Of a DNA stretch of 64,000 nt, positions 11,438-24,757 are shown in pieces. Made by a program: the position numbers and the translations under genes. This DNA comes from Octopus vulgaris (Eukaryota): contig OX597834.1 of the NCBI GenBank assembly GCA_951406725.2, positions 15,376,001 to 15,440,000 of the forward strand, given 5' to 3'. The stretch's first letter is position 1, and each line of letters opens with the position of its first letter. The notes beneath the pieces were generated by a model, which had not been told where the DNA came from, ran no database searches, and saw nothing but the letters and a program-made list of their open reading frames with translations.

Positions 11438-12339
11438 GAACCTAAACTGCGGTTTACCAACCGAACCACCTGCTACCGTGCTATCATTCAAAAGACTGTA
11501 CCTACCCAGTTCACAACCAGAAGCGACTCTGGATTTAATTATCCCTTAGAGGTATTAAACTCCTCTAACTTGATACCTATATATATATATGCTTTTACTT
11601 TTTTTACTGGTTTCTGTAATTTGACTGTGGCCATGTTGGAGCACCGCCTTTGTGGTGTTAGTAGAAAAAAATCGACCCCAAGACTTATTCTTTGCAAGCC
11701 CAATACTTATTCCGTCGGATAGTACTAAAGTAAACATCCAAAAGATCCAATACCACCCATAGCAGGTATACAGAAGAACGTTAACAGTAGGTATATGCAA
11801 TTTTAACCAAGTTTAAGAAAGTATAGGGAAATTAAAATATTGAAAAATGTCGATTTTTCTAATGTACGGCGAGGTTATATAAAATGTGATTATTTTCTGC
11901 TGAAGAACACGAAAAGTTCTTTGAAACAAAGGAAAGTGCAGAATAAAATATATATATACATTTGACGTCTAAGAAAAAGCTAAACGCAGAAAGATAGTGA
12001 GAGGGCGCCGTGTCATACTGCGAGAAATTATAAAATTTAAGAGTTCGTGTGATTGTTGTAAAACGCTATAAACAACATGAAGTTAATTTTGCCATCAATC
12101 TGAAATTTCTATAACGACGACACTAAAGATATCCATCAGAATTTACTGAATTATTAAAGTGATTTTAAAGAGGAACTTTCACTTGTCAAATGCTTCAGTA
12201 TACCATCGATCATAATGTCGGCAAACGTCACACACGCAATGTGAAAGAAATAAGTTACTTTCTTGTTAATTGGTAAAACAGCGCAGAATGTAAACTTTGA
12301 GAAAAAATATTTTGCATTCTGAATATATACATACATACA

Positions 12340-12541
12340 TGTGACAGCGTGTGTACCGTTGGCGATTTATTTTTTTTCCTTTGTCTTCCCTTCTCTGGAT
12401 CTTTCCTTCTATGTTTCCAACGAAAAGCTCCGCTTGAAACGTTAAACCCCCCTTCTTTCCTGAGCGTCCAATAATACTATATTTGTTCCACGTCCTCGCG
12501 TTGCTGTGTTTTTTTTTTGTGCTTTCTTGTTTGGATCAACT
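12340..12541 (+). mobile_element. ~200-bp non-coding element with decayed hammerhead motif (12413-12447)
   Basis: Homologous to 52637-52845(-). Motif gttt-CCAACGA-aaagctccgctt-GAAA-cg-TT-aaac. Flanked by TA repeats. Confidence 0.65.
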
Positions 12542-12844
12542 ACATATATATATGTATATATAATCTGGATGCGTGTAGGTTCATTTTTGATAATATGCTC
12601 ATCTGTAGTTTATAATAAAAAAAAAGAACAGAGTAAAAGAAAAAGTGGAAGCTGCACGTTTAATACTTAACTTAGAAGCAGTGCTACGGGCGTACCAGCA
12701 CACACGAGATTGAGACACGGCCGACCTCACACACGTCTCATGAGGAATTCCGGAAGGAGCATCGTTAGACCACTGCTGAGACTCTTCCCCAAAATAAGAA
12801 AAAAGCCGTTAGAAAACCGATTATAGCAGCGACTCTATGTAAGA

Positions 12845-12881
12845 ATATCTGAAGAAGGAATATTATTCCGAAATATCATAT
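12845..12881 (+). ncRNA. Minimal type I hammerhead ribozyme
   Basis: atat-CTGAAGA-a-ggaat-att-attcc-GAAA-ta-TC-atat. All core nucleotides present, 5-bp stem II, AUC triplet. Confidence 0.7.
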
Positions 12882-13134
12882 CAGACTATGGATAACCAAA
12901 TTACAACAGGTATATAGACCATTGTCTATATTATAGTGCATTGTTGCACCATTCAAATTTTTTTTATTCTTTACAAACAATGCACAATGCTTCAAGCGAA
13001 CTACAATACTCTTCTATATCCGACCGGATTTCCGGTCGAAATTCAAGACAAAAATTCGCACGCGTCTCCGCTCGTACAGCAAATAACTTGTACAATGGTG
13101 CCCTCTATTGTATAAGAATTTGTGAAAGTGCTTG

Positions 13135-13430
13135 TCTTAGTGGTTAGCTTATTCGGCTCACAATCGTAACGTCATGTGTTCGATTCCCGGTGGCGTGAGG
13201 TGTGCATCATCAAGACGGGTTGTTTCAAGTTGCTGCAGTACATTCAGCCAGCAAAAGAAAAAAGGGTCAGTTTTGTCAAATTTTGTGTCACGCTGAATCT
13301 CCCTGAGAACTATGCGAAGGCACGCGTGTTTGTGTAGTGCCCAGCCAATTTACACGCTCATTTGAGGAACTGGTTCTTCCGTTGATCGGATCAACTGGAA
13401 CACTCGTCGTCGTCACCGACGGAGTGCCGT
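13135..13430 (+). mobile_element. Older SINE with a different tRNA-like head and a family C-type tail
   Basis: cttagtggttag..gttcgattccc head. Tail tgtgtcacgctgaatctccctgagaacta..gtcgtcaccgacggagtgcc. Confidence 0.7.
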
Positions 13431-13539
13431 TTTTTTTAAAAATAATATTTAAGAATTTATTGGTATTTAATACATGCTTCCAAAACTGAACATATATATG
13501 CATATTAAAAATACCTACAATGAATATTTACATGCATAC

Positions 13540-13577
13540 ATATATATACATATATATATAAATATATGTATGTATGT

Positions 13578-13624
<47 letters not shown>

Positions 13625-14445
13625 AGTAAGTATATGTATGTATGTAAGTAAGTATATGTATGTATGTAAGTAAGTATATGTATGTATGTAAGTAAGTATA
13701 TGTATGTATGTAAGTAAGTATATGTATGTATGTAAGTAAGTATATGTATGTATGTAAGTAAGTATATATATGTATGTAAGTAAGTATATATATGTATGTA
13801 AGTAAGTGTATATATGTATGTAAGTAAGTATATGTATGTATGTAAGTAAGTATATGTATGTATGTAAGTAAGTATATGTATGTATGTAAGTAAGTATATG
13901 TATGTATGTAAGTAAGTATATGTATGTATGTAAGTAAGTATATGTATGTATGTAAGTAAGTATATGTATGTATGTAAGTAAGTATATGTATGTAAGTAAG
14001 TATATGTATGTATGTATGTAAGTAAGTATATGTATGTATGTAAGTATATGTATGTATGTATGTAAGTAAGTATATATATATGTATGTAAGTAAGTATATA
14101 TATGTATGTAAGTAAGTATATATATGTATGTAAGTAAGTATATATATGTATGTAAGTAAGTATATATATGTATGTAAGTAAGTATATATATATATGTATG
14201 TAAGTAAGTATATATATATATGTATGTATGTAAGTATATATATATATGTATGTAAGTAAGTATATATATATATATGTATGTAAGTAAGTATATATATATA
14301 TGTATGTAAGTAAGTATATATATATATATGTAAGTAAGTATATATATATGTATGTAAGTAAGTATATATATATGTATGTATGTAAGTATATATATATGTA
14401 TGTAAGTATATATATATGTATGTATGTAAGTATATATATATTTAC
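13540..14445. repeat. Minisatellite of ~20-bp units tatgtatgtatgtaagtaag(ta)n
   Basis: Direct observation. Confidence 0.95.
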
Positions 14446-14838
14446 GTATATGTAAATCTATATAAGAGTGTGTGTGCGTGTGTATGTACGTAGATATATA
14501 TAGTTGAGTAAATATTATGCGCATAATATAGTGTGTGTACACATATATGTATATGTATATATATGTGTGTGTGTCTGCGTATGTATGCATATATATGTTT
14601 ATCTGTGCGTCGTGTGTGTAAGTGGTTGTATGTGTATTTTTATGCATTGCTAGTTTTGTTTGTCTATATCTTCTAAGAAATACTTCATGCGTAGTAACAC
14701 CAATAATTCCTTCTATATCGGCATTATTATTCGAAATTACGTATACATATTTCCATTATAGTCACGTAATTTCTTACCACATACGAGGCAAAACATACTT
14801 TAGAAATCATCATAATAAGAATGATAAGAACTTTTGCA

Positions 14839-14879
<41 letters not shown>

Positions 14880-15163
14880 TAATAATAACAATTTCAAATT
14901 TTGGCACAAGGCCAGCAGTTTCCGAGGAGGAAAGTCGATTTTTTGAATGGTACTCATTTTGTCGACCAAGAAAGGATGAACTAAATGCGTCGCCTGGTCC
15001 AAGAATCGAAATCACAGCCTTATGATCATGAGTTCAACACCCTAACCACTAAGCCAAGTGCCTCCACATGCATATATATATATATATATGTATATATATA
15101 CATGCATATACACACACATATATATACATGTACACACACATATTTATATACATATTATATACA

Positions 15164-15203
<40 letters not shown>

Positions 15204-15265
15204 AATACATGTACACACACACGTATTTATATACATATTAAATACATACATATATACACACACAA

Positions 15266-15312
<47 letters not shown>

Positions 15313-15652
15313 TACACATAATTGTACATTGGAACATACATGTGTGTGTCGGGGGATGTCTGTATGTGTCTCTATGTGTTCGAGTATATGAACGAGCGTA
15401 TGTGTACGCGGTCATGTTTGCGAGTGTATGAATGAATGTTTATCCAAATTTGCATAATTTAATTTTTATATTTCAGAACTTGTATCAGCGAACACATTCC
15501 TGCAATCAGTAGACTGTTTTGACCATGTATAATTATGTTTCTCCATAGAAGTAAAAGAAAAGTAATACACATATAACATATGCGTAATACTTACGCACAT
15601 TTATAATATGATGTATATGTCTGAGGAGATTTCCGTGTTAAAAATGTATGTA

Positions 15653-15685
<33 letters not shown>

Positions 15686-15824
15686 GGTTTTTCTTGCTAG
15701 GTTCTGGGTTAGTGCCCCACTGTGAAATATGGCATAAAACTAAACTATATGTGTGTATATGTGTCAGTTTATGTGAGCAGGTGCGCTTTCGCATCAGTAT
15801 GGGTCTAGGGATTTCTAAGCCACT

Positions 15825-15827
<3 letters not shown>

Positions 15828-15916
<89 letters not shown>

Positions 15917-15927
15917 GTATGTGTGTA

Positions 15928-15988
<61 letters not shown>

Positions 15989-16014
15989 GTATGTGTGTAT
16001 ATATATATACACAC

Positions 16015-16048
<34 letters not shown>

Positions 16049-16229
16049 GTACGTATGTGTGTGTATATATATATATATGTATGTATATGTATGTTTGTGT
16101 GTGTATATATATGTATATGTATGTATGTATGTGTGTGTATGTATATGTATGTATGTATGTATGTGTGTATGTATATGTATGTATGTACGTGTGTGTATAT
16201 ATATATATATGTATGTATGTGTGTGTATA

Positions 16230-16264
<35 letters not shown>

Positions 16265-16361
16265 GTGTGTATATATATATATATATGTATCTATGTATGT
16301 ATGTATGTGTGTGTATATATATATATATATCTATGTATGTATGTATGTATGTGTGTGTATA

Positions 16362-16392
<31 letters not shown>

Positions 16393-16463
16393 GTGTGTAT
16401 ATATATATATATATGTATCTATGTATGTATGTATGTATGTGTGTGTATATATATATGTATATG

Positions 16464-16494
<31 letters not shown>

Positions 16495-16915
16495 GTGTGT
16501 ATATATATATATATATGTATGTATGTATGTATGTGTGTGTATATATATATATATATATATGTATCTATGTATGTATGTATGTGTGTGTGTATATATATAT
16601 ATATGTATCTATGTATGTATGTATGTACGTGTGTGTGTGTATACACATACATATATGCCTATATATATGTATATATATATATATAAGCATTCATTCAGAA
16701 ATGTGTGTGTTTGTGTATGTTTTATATGTATGTATGTATGTATGTATGTATATATACACACACACGAACTTATATAGCTTTAATCAGACACACGCAACAT
16801 ATAACTCGCATACATATACATCCATATAAACTTATTCACACGTTTATAGAGGCACGTAAATGTATCATCGTCTACGATTATATGCATACATATATAGCTA
16901 CCGAGATCCATATAG

Positions 16916-16984
<69 letters not shown>

Positions 16985-17039
16985 TGTTGTATGTATCTGT
17001 ATGCATACATATACCTATTTACCTAATAAAAAGACACTG

Positions 17040-17129
<90 letters not shown>

Positions 17130-17200
17130 CATGTACATGTACATAGATGTATGTATGTATGTATGTGTATGTGTACATATATATATATATGTGTGTATGC
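15828..17200. repeat. Compound (CT)/(TA)/(TG)/(TATG)n microsatellite field
   Basis: Direct observation. Similar fields at 570-1040, 46735-47330, 49850-50270 and 62410-63900. Confidence 0.95.
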
Positions 17201-17508
17201 ATAGGGGAAAACTATTTACTAGTTTTTGTGTATATGTGTGCACGTACATGTGTGTACGCCATGTCTATGTTTGCCTACGTATGTGTTTGCGTGTGAATAT
17301 ATATATGTGTGTGTTATTCAGCCATTCAAAAGAATGATAGTCGAAGAAGAAGCAAAAGAAGAAGAATATGAAATAACTTATTTCCACACGATGTCTTCAG
17401 CTAGTTTTCAAATCAAATTATTGTGCTCTACAACTGTCTAGTTTTCTAGTTTTTTATTGTTAGAAGTCATCATTATTGTTATTATTATTATTATTATCAT
17501 CATCATCA

Positions 17509-17539
<31 letters not shown>

Positions 17540-18798
17540 GATCATTACTGGTGGTGGTGGTAGTGGTGGTGCTGGTGTATTTACTATCATCGTTTATTAT
17601 TGCTGAAGTTGTTATTGTTATACCTATATCTTCTTTTTTTTAAAGCTATCATCGCCATTTTCTAATGTTAACGAAATATAAGTCAAGTGAAGCTAAGCAT
17701 AAAGAAGAAACGCAAAGCGAAACATTTGAATTTTGTTTTGCTCGTTTTTTTTCTTTTTTTCTTTCCTTTTTTGTTTTTTGTTTACCTTGTTGTGGCGATG
17801 GTAGTGGGAGGAGTTTTGTTGGCAGGTGGGAGGTGGAGTAAGAGGTCTTATTTTGATGTTATACGTAACCGTTATGTAATATTAAAATTTCGCTGTATTT
17901 TTAGCGTTTAGCTTTAATATTCTGGCATCAAATGCTAAGACGCCGATATTCCTACGAAATAAATCGAGGGAGCAACAAAAACATATACATATAAGAGAGG
18001 AAAAGAAAATGCTTAATTTGAAGATAGATAAAGAGAAGATAGATAGATTGATAGATAGACAGACAGATTGATAGATAGACAGATAGATTGATAGATATAT
18101 AGATAGATTGATAGATATATAGATAGATTGATAGACAGACAGACAGATTGATAGATAGACAGATAGATTGATAGATATATAGATAGACAGATAGATTGAT
18201 AGATAGACAGATAGATTGATAGATAGACAGATATATTGATAGATAGACATAGATAGATAGATAGATTGATAGATATATAGATAGATTGATAGATATATAG
18301 ATAGACAGATAGATTGATAGATAGATTGATAGATATATAGATAGATTGATAGATATATAGATAGACAGATAGATTGATAGATATATAGATAGATTGATAG
18401 ATATATAGATAGACAGATAGATTGATAGATATATAGATAGATTGATAGATATATAGATAGACAGATGGATTGATAGATATATAGATAGATAGAAAGGTAG
18501 GTAGATATATAGATGGATGATAGATAGATACTTAGATAAATACATAGATAGGTAGATAGGTAGGTATGTATATATGTAAGCACGTAGGTAAGTAGGTAGG
18601 CAAGCAGAGAGACATATTCTTAGATGTGTGTAAATATACAGATACATATATATACATGAATATATATGTATACGCACGTAAATGAACCCAATCATACGCA
18701 CCTATTTATATATATGCTTATATATATATATATGTGTGTGTGTGTGAATATATGTATTCACATATGCTTATAAACTTATATATACATATATATGCATG

Positions 18799-18832
<34 letters not shown>

Positions 18833-19313
18833 AATAAAATGTATATATAGCGAGAGAGAGAGAGAAAATAAGATGCATATATATAAACAATATACGATAT
18901 ATATGCATATATGTATAAGATAAAAGACATACACACACACACAAACACACAAAGAAACACACATATATATGTATGTTATTATAAGTTAATACAATCAGGT
19001 TCTGATTCTCCGTTTGTGTGATCAAGAAAATCACTTCATCTTTAGACATTCTCTCTTTTCCACTGTGTGCAAGCGATTCCTGTAATCGCTGAGGTAGAAA
19101 CGCGATGAAATAACTAGCTTTAAGGCATGCACGTGTATATCTATGGATGCATAAGAGAATTTATATTTCTATATATATATGAATTTTTGGGGACGTATGT
19201 ATGAGTGTATATACATACACACACACACATAGAGAGAGAGAGAGAGAAAGAGAGAGAGCAGTGTATATATATGGAGAGAGAAAGTAAGAGATGTATATGG
19301 ATGTATGTATACA

Positions 19314-19358
<45 letters not shown>

Positions 19359-20970
19359 TCACGCACATATACATTTTATATATATATAGAGAGAGAGAAG
19401 TGTATATATATAGAGAGAAAGTAAGATATTTATATGGATGTATATATACACGCATATATATATATATACACACACGCATATTTATATACATATATATATA
19501 TATACATATATATATATGTACATATATATATACGTACGTACATACATACATACATACATATACATACATGCATACACACACACGGGAAGAGAGGAGGAGA
19601 AAGATAAATGAATAAATAGACTTTATACAAATATGCCTGCTTCTATGTTAATAATAGTATTGGGATACTTCCCAGGGATAGCTTCTGCTTGATAATCTAA
19701 TAGTTAAGTGAGATAATGTATGTAATGAATCAAAACTCACCTTTTGTTTCAGAAATCTATAAAGCGGAGAACACAGATGGCGTTATAATTGAACTCTCTA
19801 AGAACGAAAACCACACGCCTCTACATGTTTTTGTTCTACTTTTAATTTGGGTTTTTCTCCCCCAAAAAATTGTATTGTCCATTTTGTTTTCAGGAAATTT
19901 AAGTTTATTTTTCAAAACACCTATGACCATTGAAGTGTTGGTATAAATACTAGCCAAACTTGATGCATGTTTTAATATAACAACGCAGAATTTACAATCT
20001 GTGATGTGAAACGTGTGATCAAAGCAGTGTGGTCAATGCTCGATAAATTATTGAGATGTGCAATTGAATCTGATGACTGATATTGTGGTCAGCATATAGA
20101 GACGTGTTGATAAATATAACTGAAGTATCGATGCTGGTGTCACTTCAAGTGGAGTTAGGCTTAGAAAACCTTTAGCTTGCAATTTCAGTGGAACTGGTAC
20201 CTTTTCGAAGTTAAGTTCTAAAGTTATGATTGTTCCAGCTCAAGAATGTATCTGCACGCTTATGCGCACGCTACGCTTGGATTTGATTTCTTTTCACTGC
20301 TATCAGTTTCATATATATTCACATTTCCACTGTCCAGTACAGATGTGTTGCCCCTAGGAAGGTACGAGCCACTACGGCCTGACAACAGCTTCGTTTTTGG
20401 CATTATTCTCAGTTGCTAAATCTCAGAATTGGTACGATGAAGTATCTAGTCAGTCGCTCTAATAGTGTCGACCTACACCCTGAATTAGTACTATTTTCAT
20501 CGACCCCTTAAAGCAGGAAGAATTAAAGATGACTTCAATGAGATTTGAAATCACAATGCAGAGGAAGAAGTCAAGTTCATGAAGGCATTACATCCGACAC
20601 ATTAACGACCTGACAAATAAGATGCTGGGAAAGCTAAACAATGGGTTGTTTTAGCAAGGCATATTTGCCGAGCATCCAAAATAAACACTACGCAGCTTCG
20701 CAGACACATGGCCACATCAAATAGTGTAGTCCTACTTGATGATCACCGATGGAACGACTTCAAGACGTCTGAGATGAGAAAATCTATACCAACAAATATT
20801 TGTGACGAATCAGTGTAGGATAGTTGAACATGGCTAAGTTTGAATATGACGGCCATATACGTTACTCTTTAGATTTCTAGAAAGCAATTATATGTGCTAT
20901 GCATGCTTATAAATATGTATGTTAGTACGTTACGTAGGTCCTTGCTTAGTTATTTGTTCTTTATATATAA

Positions 20971-21479
20971 CTAGCAGTATCGCCCGGCGTTGCTCGGGTT
21001 TGTAAGGGAAATAACTATATAAGCATTTTTAGAGAGTTACTTCCCTTATAAATTCGGGCTTTCTTAGCCATTTTTGTTTTGGTGTCTTCAAGCCATGAAG
21101 TCGTTGTTCTAAAAGAACGCTGGTTTCCTTCACAACGCATTACGACGTTGATTTCTTTACACTCCCTTCCCCACAGCTTCACGAGGGAGGGAAGAAAGGG
21201 GAGAAGCAAACAGGTGCAGCTGTGAGCGTGGACGCCAACTCCGCCGCCATCGACATACGATGCATTTTATGCATTAAAATGGAATAAAAAATGATGTTAA
21301 ATTATTTTAAAAATCGTAGACTCATCGTTGACGCGCGCTAATAGTCAGACGGGCTCGATATGAATCACGACTATAAGATACCCGAATTTGGTTAAACTGC
21401 ACCGCAAAATGTGGGAGGAGTTAGGAATCTAAATCGAAGGGGACAGACACTCACACAACTAGAGTTTTATATATATAGA
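20971..21479 (-). mobile_element. Non-autonomous Helitron
   Basis: Minus strand: A|TCTATATATATAAAA ... cccgagcaacgccggg-cgatactg-CTAG|T. 5' TC, subterminal hairpin, 3' CTAG, A/T target, no TSD. Confidence 0.85.
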
Positions 21480-21781
21480 TATCTCCTGTTCACCTAATAC
21501 TTCGTTTCTTTTCACCGTTCGGTCAACTCTATCGTTTTCTCGTTATTGTACCTGTCTTTTTTGTTATTAGTTCTGCTTTTGTGCGTCTTTCATCTCCGCT
21601 TATTCATACCCAAGCGGCTTACATTGCTAGCACCATCAAATTGAAAAATGTTATCGTAAGTGTCGAAATTGTGATGATACATTGCGGATAGCTGATGACG
21701 AAATGAGCATACCTGCATCCATTATATGCTTTTACTACTTTTCCATAAGTTCCTTTGTCGTCCACCTGCGCCATATCATAA

Positions 21782-21820
<39 letters not shown>

Positions 21821-22202
21821 GGCGCAGGAGTGGCTGTGTGCTACGTAGCTTGCTTACCAACCACATGGTTCCGGGTTCAGTGGCACCTTGGGCAAGTGTC
21901 TTCTACTATAGCCTCGGGCCGACCAAAGCCTTGTGAGTGGATTTGGTAGACGGAAAGTGAAAGAAGCACGTTGTAAATGTGTATATATGTGTGTTTGTAT
22001 GTATGTGTTTGTCCCCCTAGCATTGCTTGACAACCGATGCTGGTGTGTTTATGTCCCCGTTACCTAGCGGTTTGGCAAAAGAGACCGATAGAATAAGTAC
22101 TGGGCTTACAAAAGAATAAGTGCCGGGGTCGAGTTGCCCGATTAAAGGCGGTGCTCCAGCATGGCCGCTTTCAAATGACTGAAACAAGTAAAAGAGTAAA
22201 AG
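21821..22202 (+). mobile_element. tRNA-derived SINE family A, near full length
   Basis: Head ggcgcaggagtggctgtgtg with A/B-box-like motifs, internal TA/TG tract, tail ggcggtgctccagcatggcc..gactgaaacaagtaaaagag. The 3' part is repeated at 22243-22395. Confidence 0.88.
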
Positions 22203-22204
22203 AT

Positions 22205-22236
<32 letters not shown>

Positions 22237-23026
22237 GAATATAACCGATGCTGCTGTGTTTATGTCCCCGTTACTTAGCGGTTCGGAATAAGTACTGGGC
22301 TTACCAAAGAATAAGTCCCGAGGTCGAGTTGCTCGATTAAAGGCGGTGCTCCAGTATGGCCGCAGTCAAATGACTGAAACAAGTAAAAGAGTAAATGTTT
22401 TATTCTAGTATTCAGTATGACTTAAAATAACCTAAAGATTTGTTATACTCTAATACAGTGCATCGATACTTCTATTGTTTATACTTACGATAGCGCTGAT
22501 AAAAAACAGACCTACAATCAAATGCTTTCCATCCGTGTCCATCCTCTAATTTTGATAGTATTGCACTTAAGCGTCTCAGATTTTTGAACTGCTGTACATG
22601 AAAGTACTTGACTTTCATACAACATTTCACTGTAAGCCGCTGTTTCTATCTTGGAAGTAATTTAATTTTTATCAGCTGAAGCATCATGAAAGGAAAGAAA
22701 ACACACGGGCCCCTCCCCCATCTACTAAATGCTCTTCATTCGCTACATTAAAGACATTAACGAGCAATTATTTCCTACATGAATTACAGTTGATTTCTGA
22801 TCAATCGAGAGAGATCAATCATCGGAATTATTAATATATACATATGTTAATATATTCAGTGAGGTTTTTTTTTTTTTTCGGTGCTATTTTAAAATTAGAA
22901 GAATCAACACTTTGATACACAAATCATTTATTCCGAATAGCTTTTGTGTTCAGCATATCAATAGCATAAACACACTATTGATATATATATATTTAGTACA
23001 TTAAACGTGTTGATAACATAACAATT

Positions 23027-23057
<31 letters not shown>

Positions 23058-23136
23058 GACCAAAGTGTACGTACGCCGCTATCTATCTATATATCTATCT
23101 ATATATATAATGTGTGTGTGTGCACATATATATATA

Positions 23137-23185
<49 letters not shown>

Positions 23186-23203
23186 ACATATATAAATATG
23201 TGC

Positions 23204-23234
<31 letters not shown>

Positions 23235-23350
23235 TACACACAAGCATATATATATATATATACACACACACAGATGCAACACACTTTTTTGTCAATGAAT
23301 AGGCTGCAGTTTCGATTCCCATGTTAAGTTTTCCACGCTGCATTCGCTTT

Positions 23351-23438
<88 letters not shown>

Positions 23439-24100
23439 TGTGTGTATGCACATGTGTGTGTATAGATATTTACGTGTATCCACTCTAAGTCGAGATCAGG
23501 CGTTCAAATAATTGCAGAGCAACATAAGATGAAGGGTTTCGCCCAGGAACACAGCGCACCACCAAGTACAGAGACTGAAACTAGCATCTCACGTTTGTGA
23601 GACGATACCATAACCACTAACCCATGCGCCCTGATATACATCTATATCTGTCTATGGATCTTCCTATCTATGGATCTCTCTTTCTCTCTGTCTTTGTGTG
23701 TGTATATATAAATACATATAAGCAATTAAGATTCAAGTCAATTCCAATGAATTTACTTGAATGTGGTACTTAACTTAGATGCACCAGAAAACTATATGGT
23801 GTTAACCATACAGTAATGTGGGGTGATTATAAACGAGAAAGAAGCAACAATAAATAAATATATATACATAAATAAATATATATACATATATATATATATA
23901 TATACATACAAACAAATATATATACATGTATACATATCTATATATATAAAGAGATAAATTTATAAAATTAAATAAATAAGGATAAGGTCGTTAATTTAAA
24001 TATCGATCTAATCAAGTGACGAACATCTATATCTGTCTATGGATCTTCCTATCTATGGATCTCTCCTTCTCTCTGTCTTTGTGTGTGTATATATAAATAA

Positions 24101-24149
<49 letters not shown>

Positions 24150-24442
24150 CAAATATATATACATGTATACATATCTATATATATAAAGAGATAAATATAT
24201 AAAATTAAATAAATAAGGATAAGGTCGTTAATTTAAATATCGATCTAATCAAGTGACGAGCATGAGAATAAAAACTTTCAAAGGTAATAATTATTATTAA
24301 ACTTATAATTTCGAGTGTGCAAGGGATACCACCACGCTGGAAATAGCAACCAAAACGTGACTCTAAAACCACATTAAATGTTCATACAACACAAGGAGAG
24401 AAGACAAAACGACAAAATAAACTAGCAAAAAATTACTGGATA

Positions 24443-24500
24443 ATTCCAGATCCCAGATTTCTGCCACTGCATAAGAAATGCTTTGCCTCATCAGTGGAAC
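24443..24500 (-). ncRNA. Type I hammerhead ribozyme (mutated copy)
   Basis: Minus strand: gttcca-CTGATGA-ggcaaagcatttcttatgcagtggca-GAAA-tctggga-TC-tggaat. Confidence 0.62.
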
Positions 24501-24700
24501 ATACACAGATAGTAACATAAATACACATATATCTACATATAACATACGAATACTCACATATACGAACGTATACATACATATATGTGCATACACATACATA
24601 CGTGTGCATAAGTGCTTATATATGCATGTATACGTTCGTATATGTAAGAATTCGTATGTTATATGTATATATATATGTATTTATGTTACTGTCTGTGTAT

Positions 24701-24757
24701 GTTCCACTGATGAGGCAAAGCATTTCTTATGCAGAGCCAGAAATCCGGATCTGGAAT
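24701..24757 (+). ncRNA. Type I hammerhead ribozyme
   Basis: gttcca-CTGATGA-ggcaaagcatttcttatgcagagcca-GAAA-tccgga-TC-tggaat. Stem I ttcca/tggaa, stem II ggc..gcat/atgc..gcc, palindromic stem III, AUC triplet. Confidence 0.78.

Noticed and set aside
19640-20900. Non-repetitive stretch as a coding exon
   Set aside because: No sustained ORF or recognisable motif. A short exon cannot be excluded without transcripts.
21688-21712. CTGATGA-C-GAAA hammerhead-like word
   Set aside because: No stem II and no stem I pairing.
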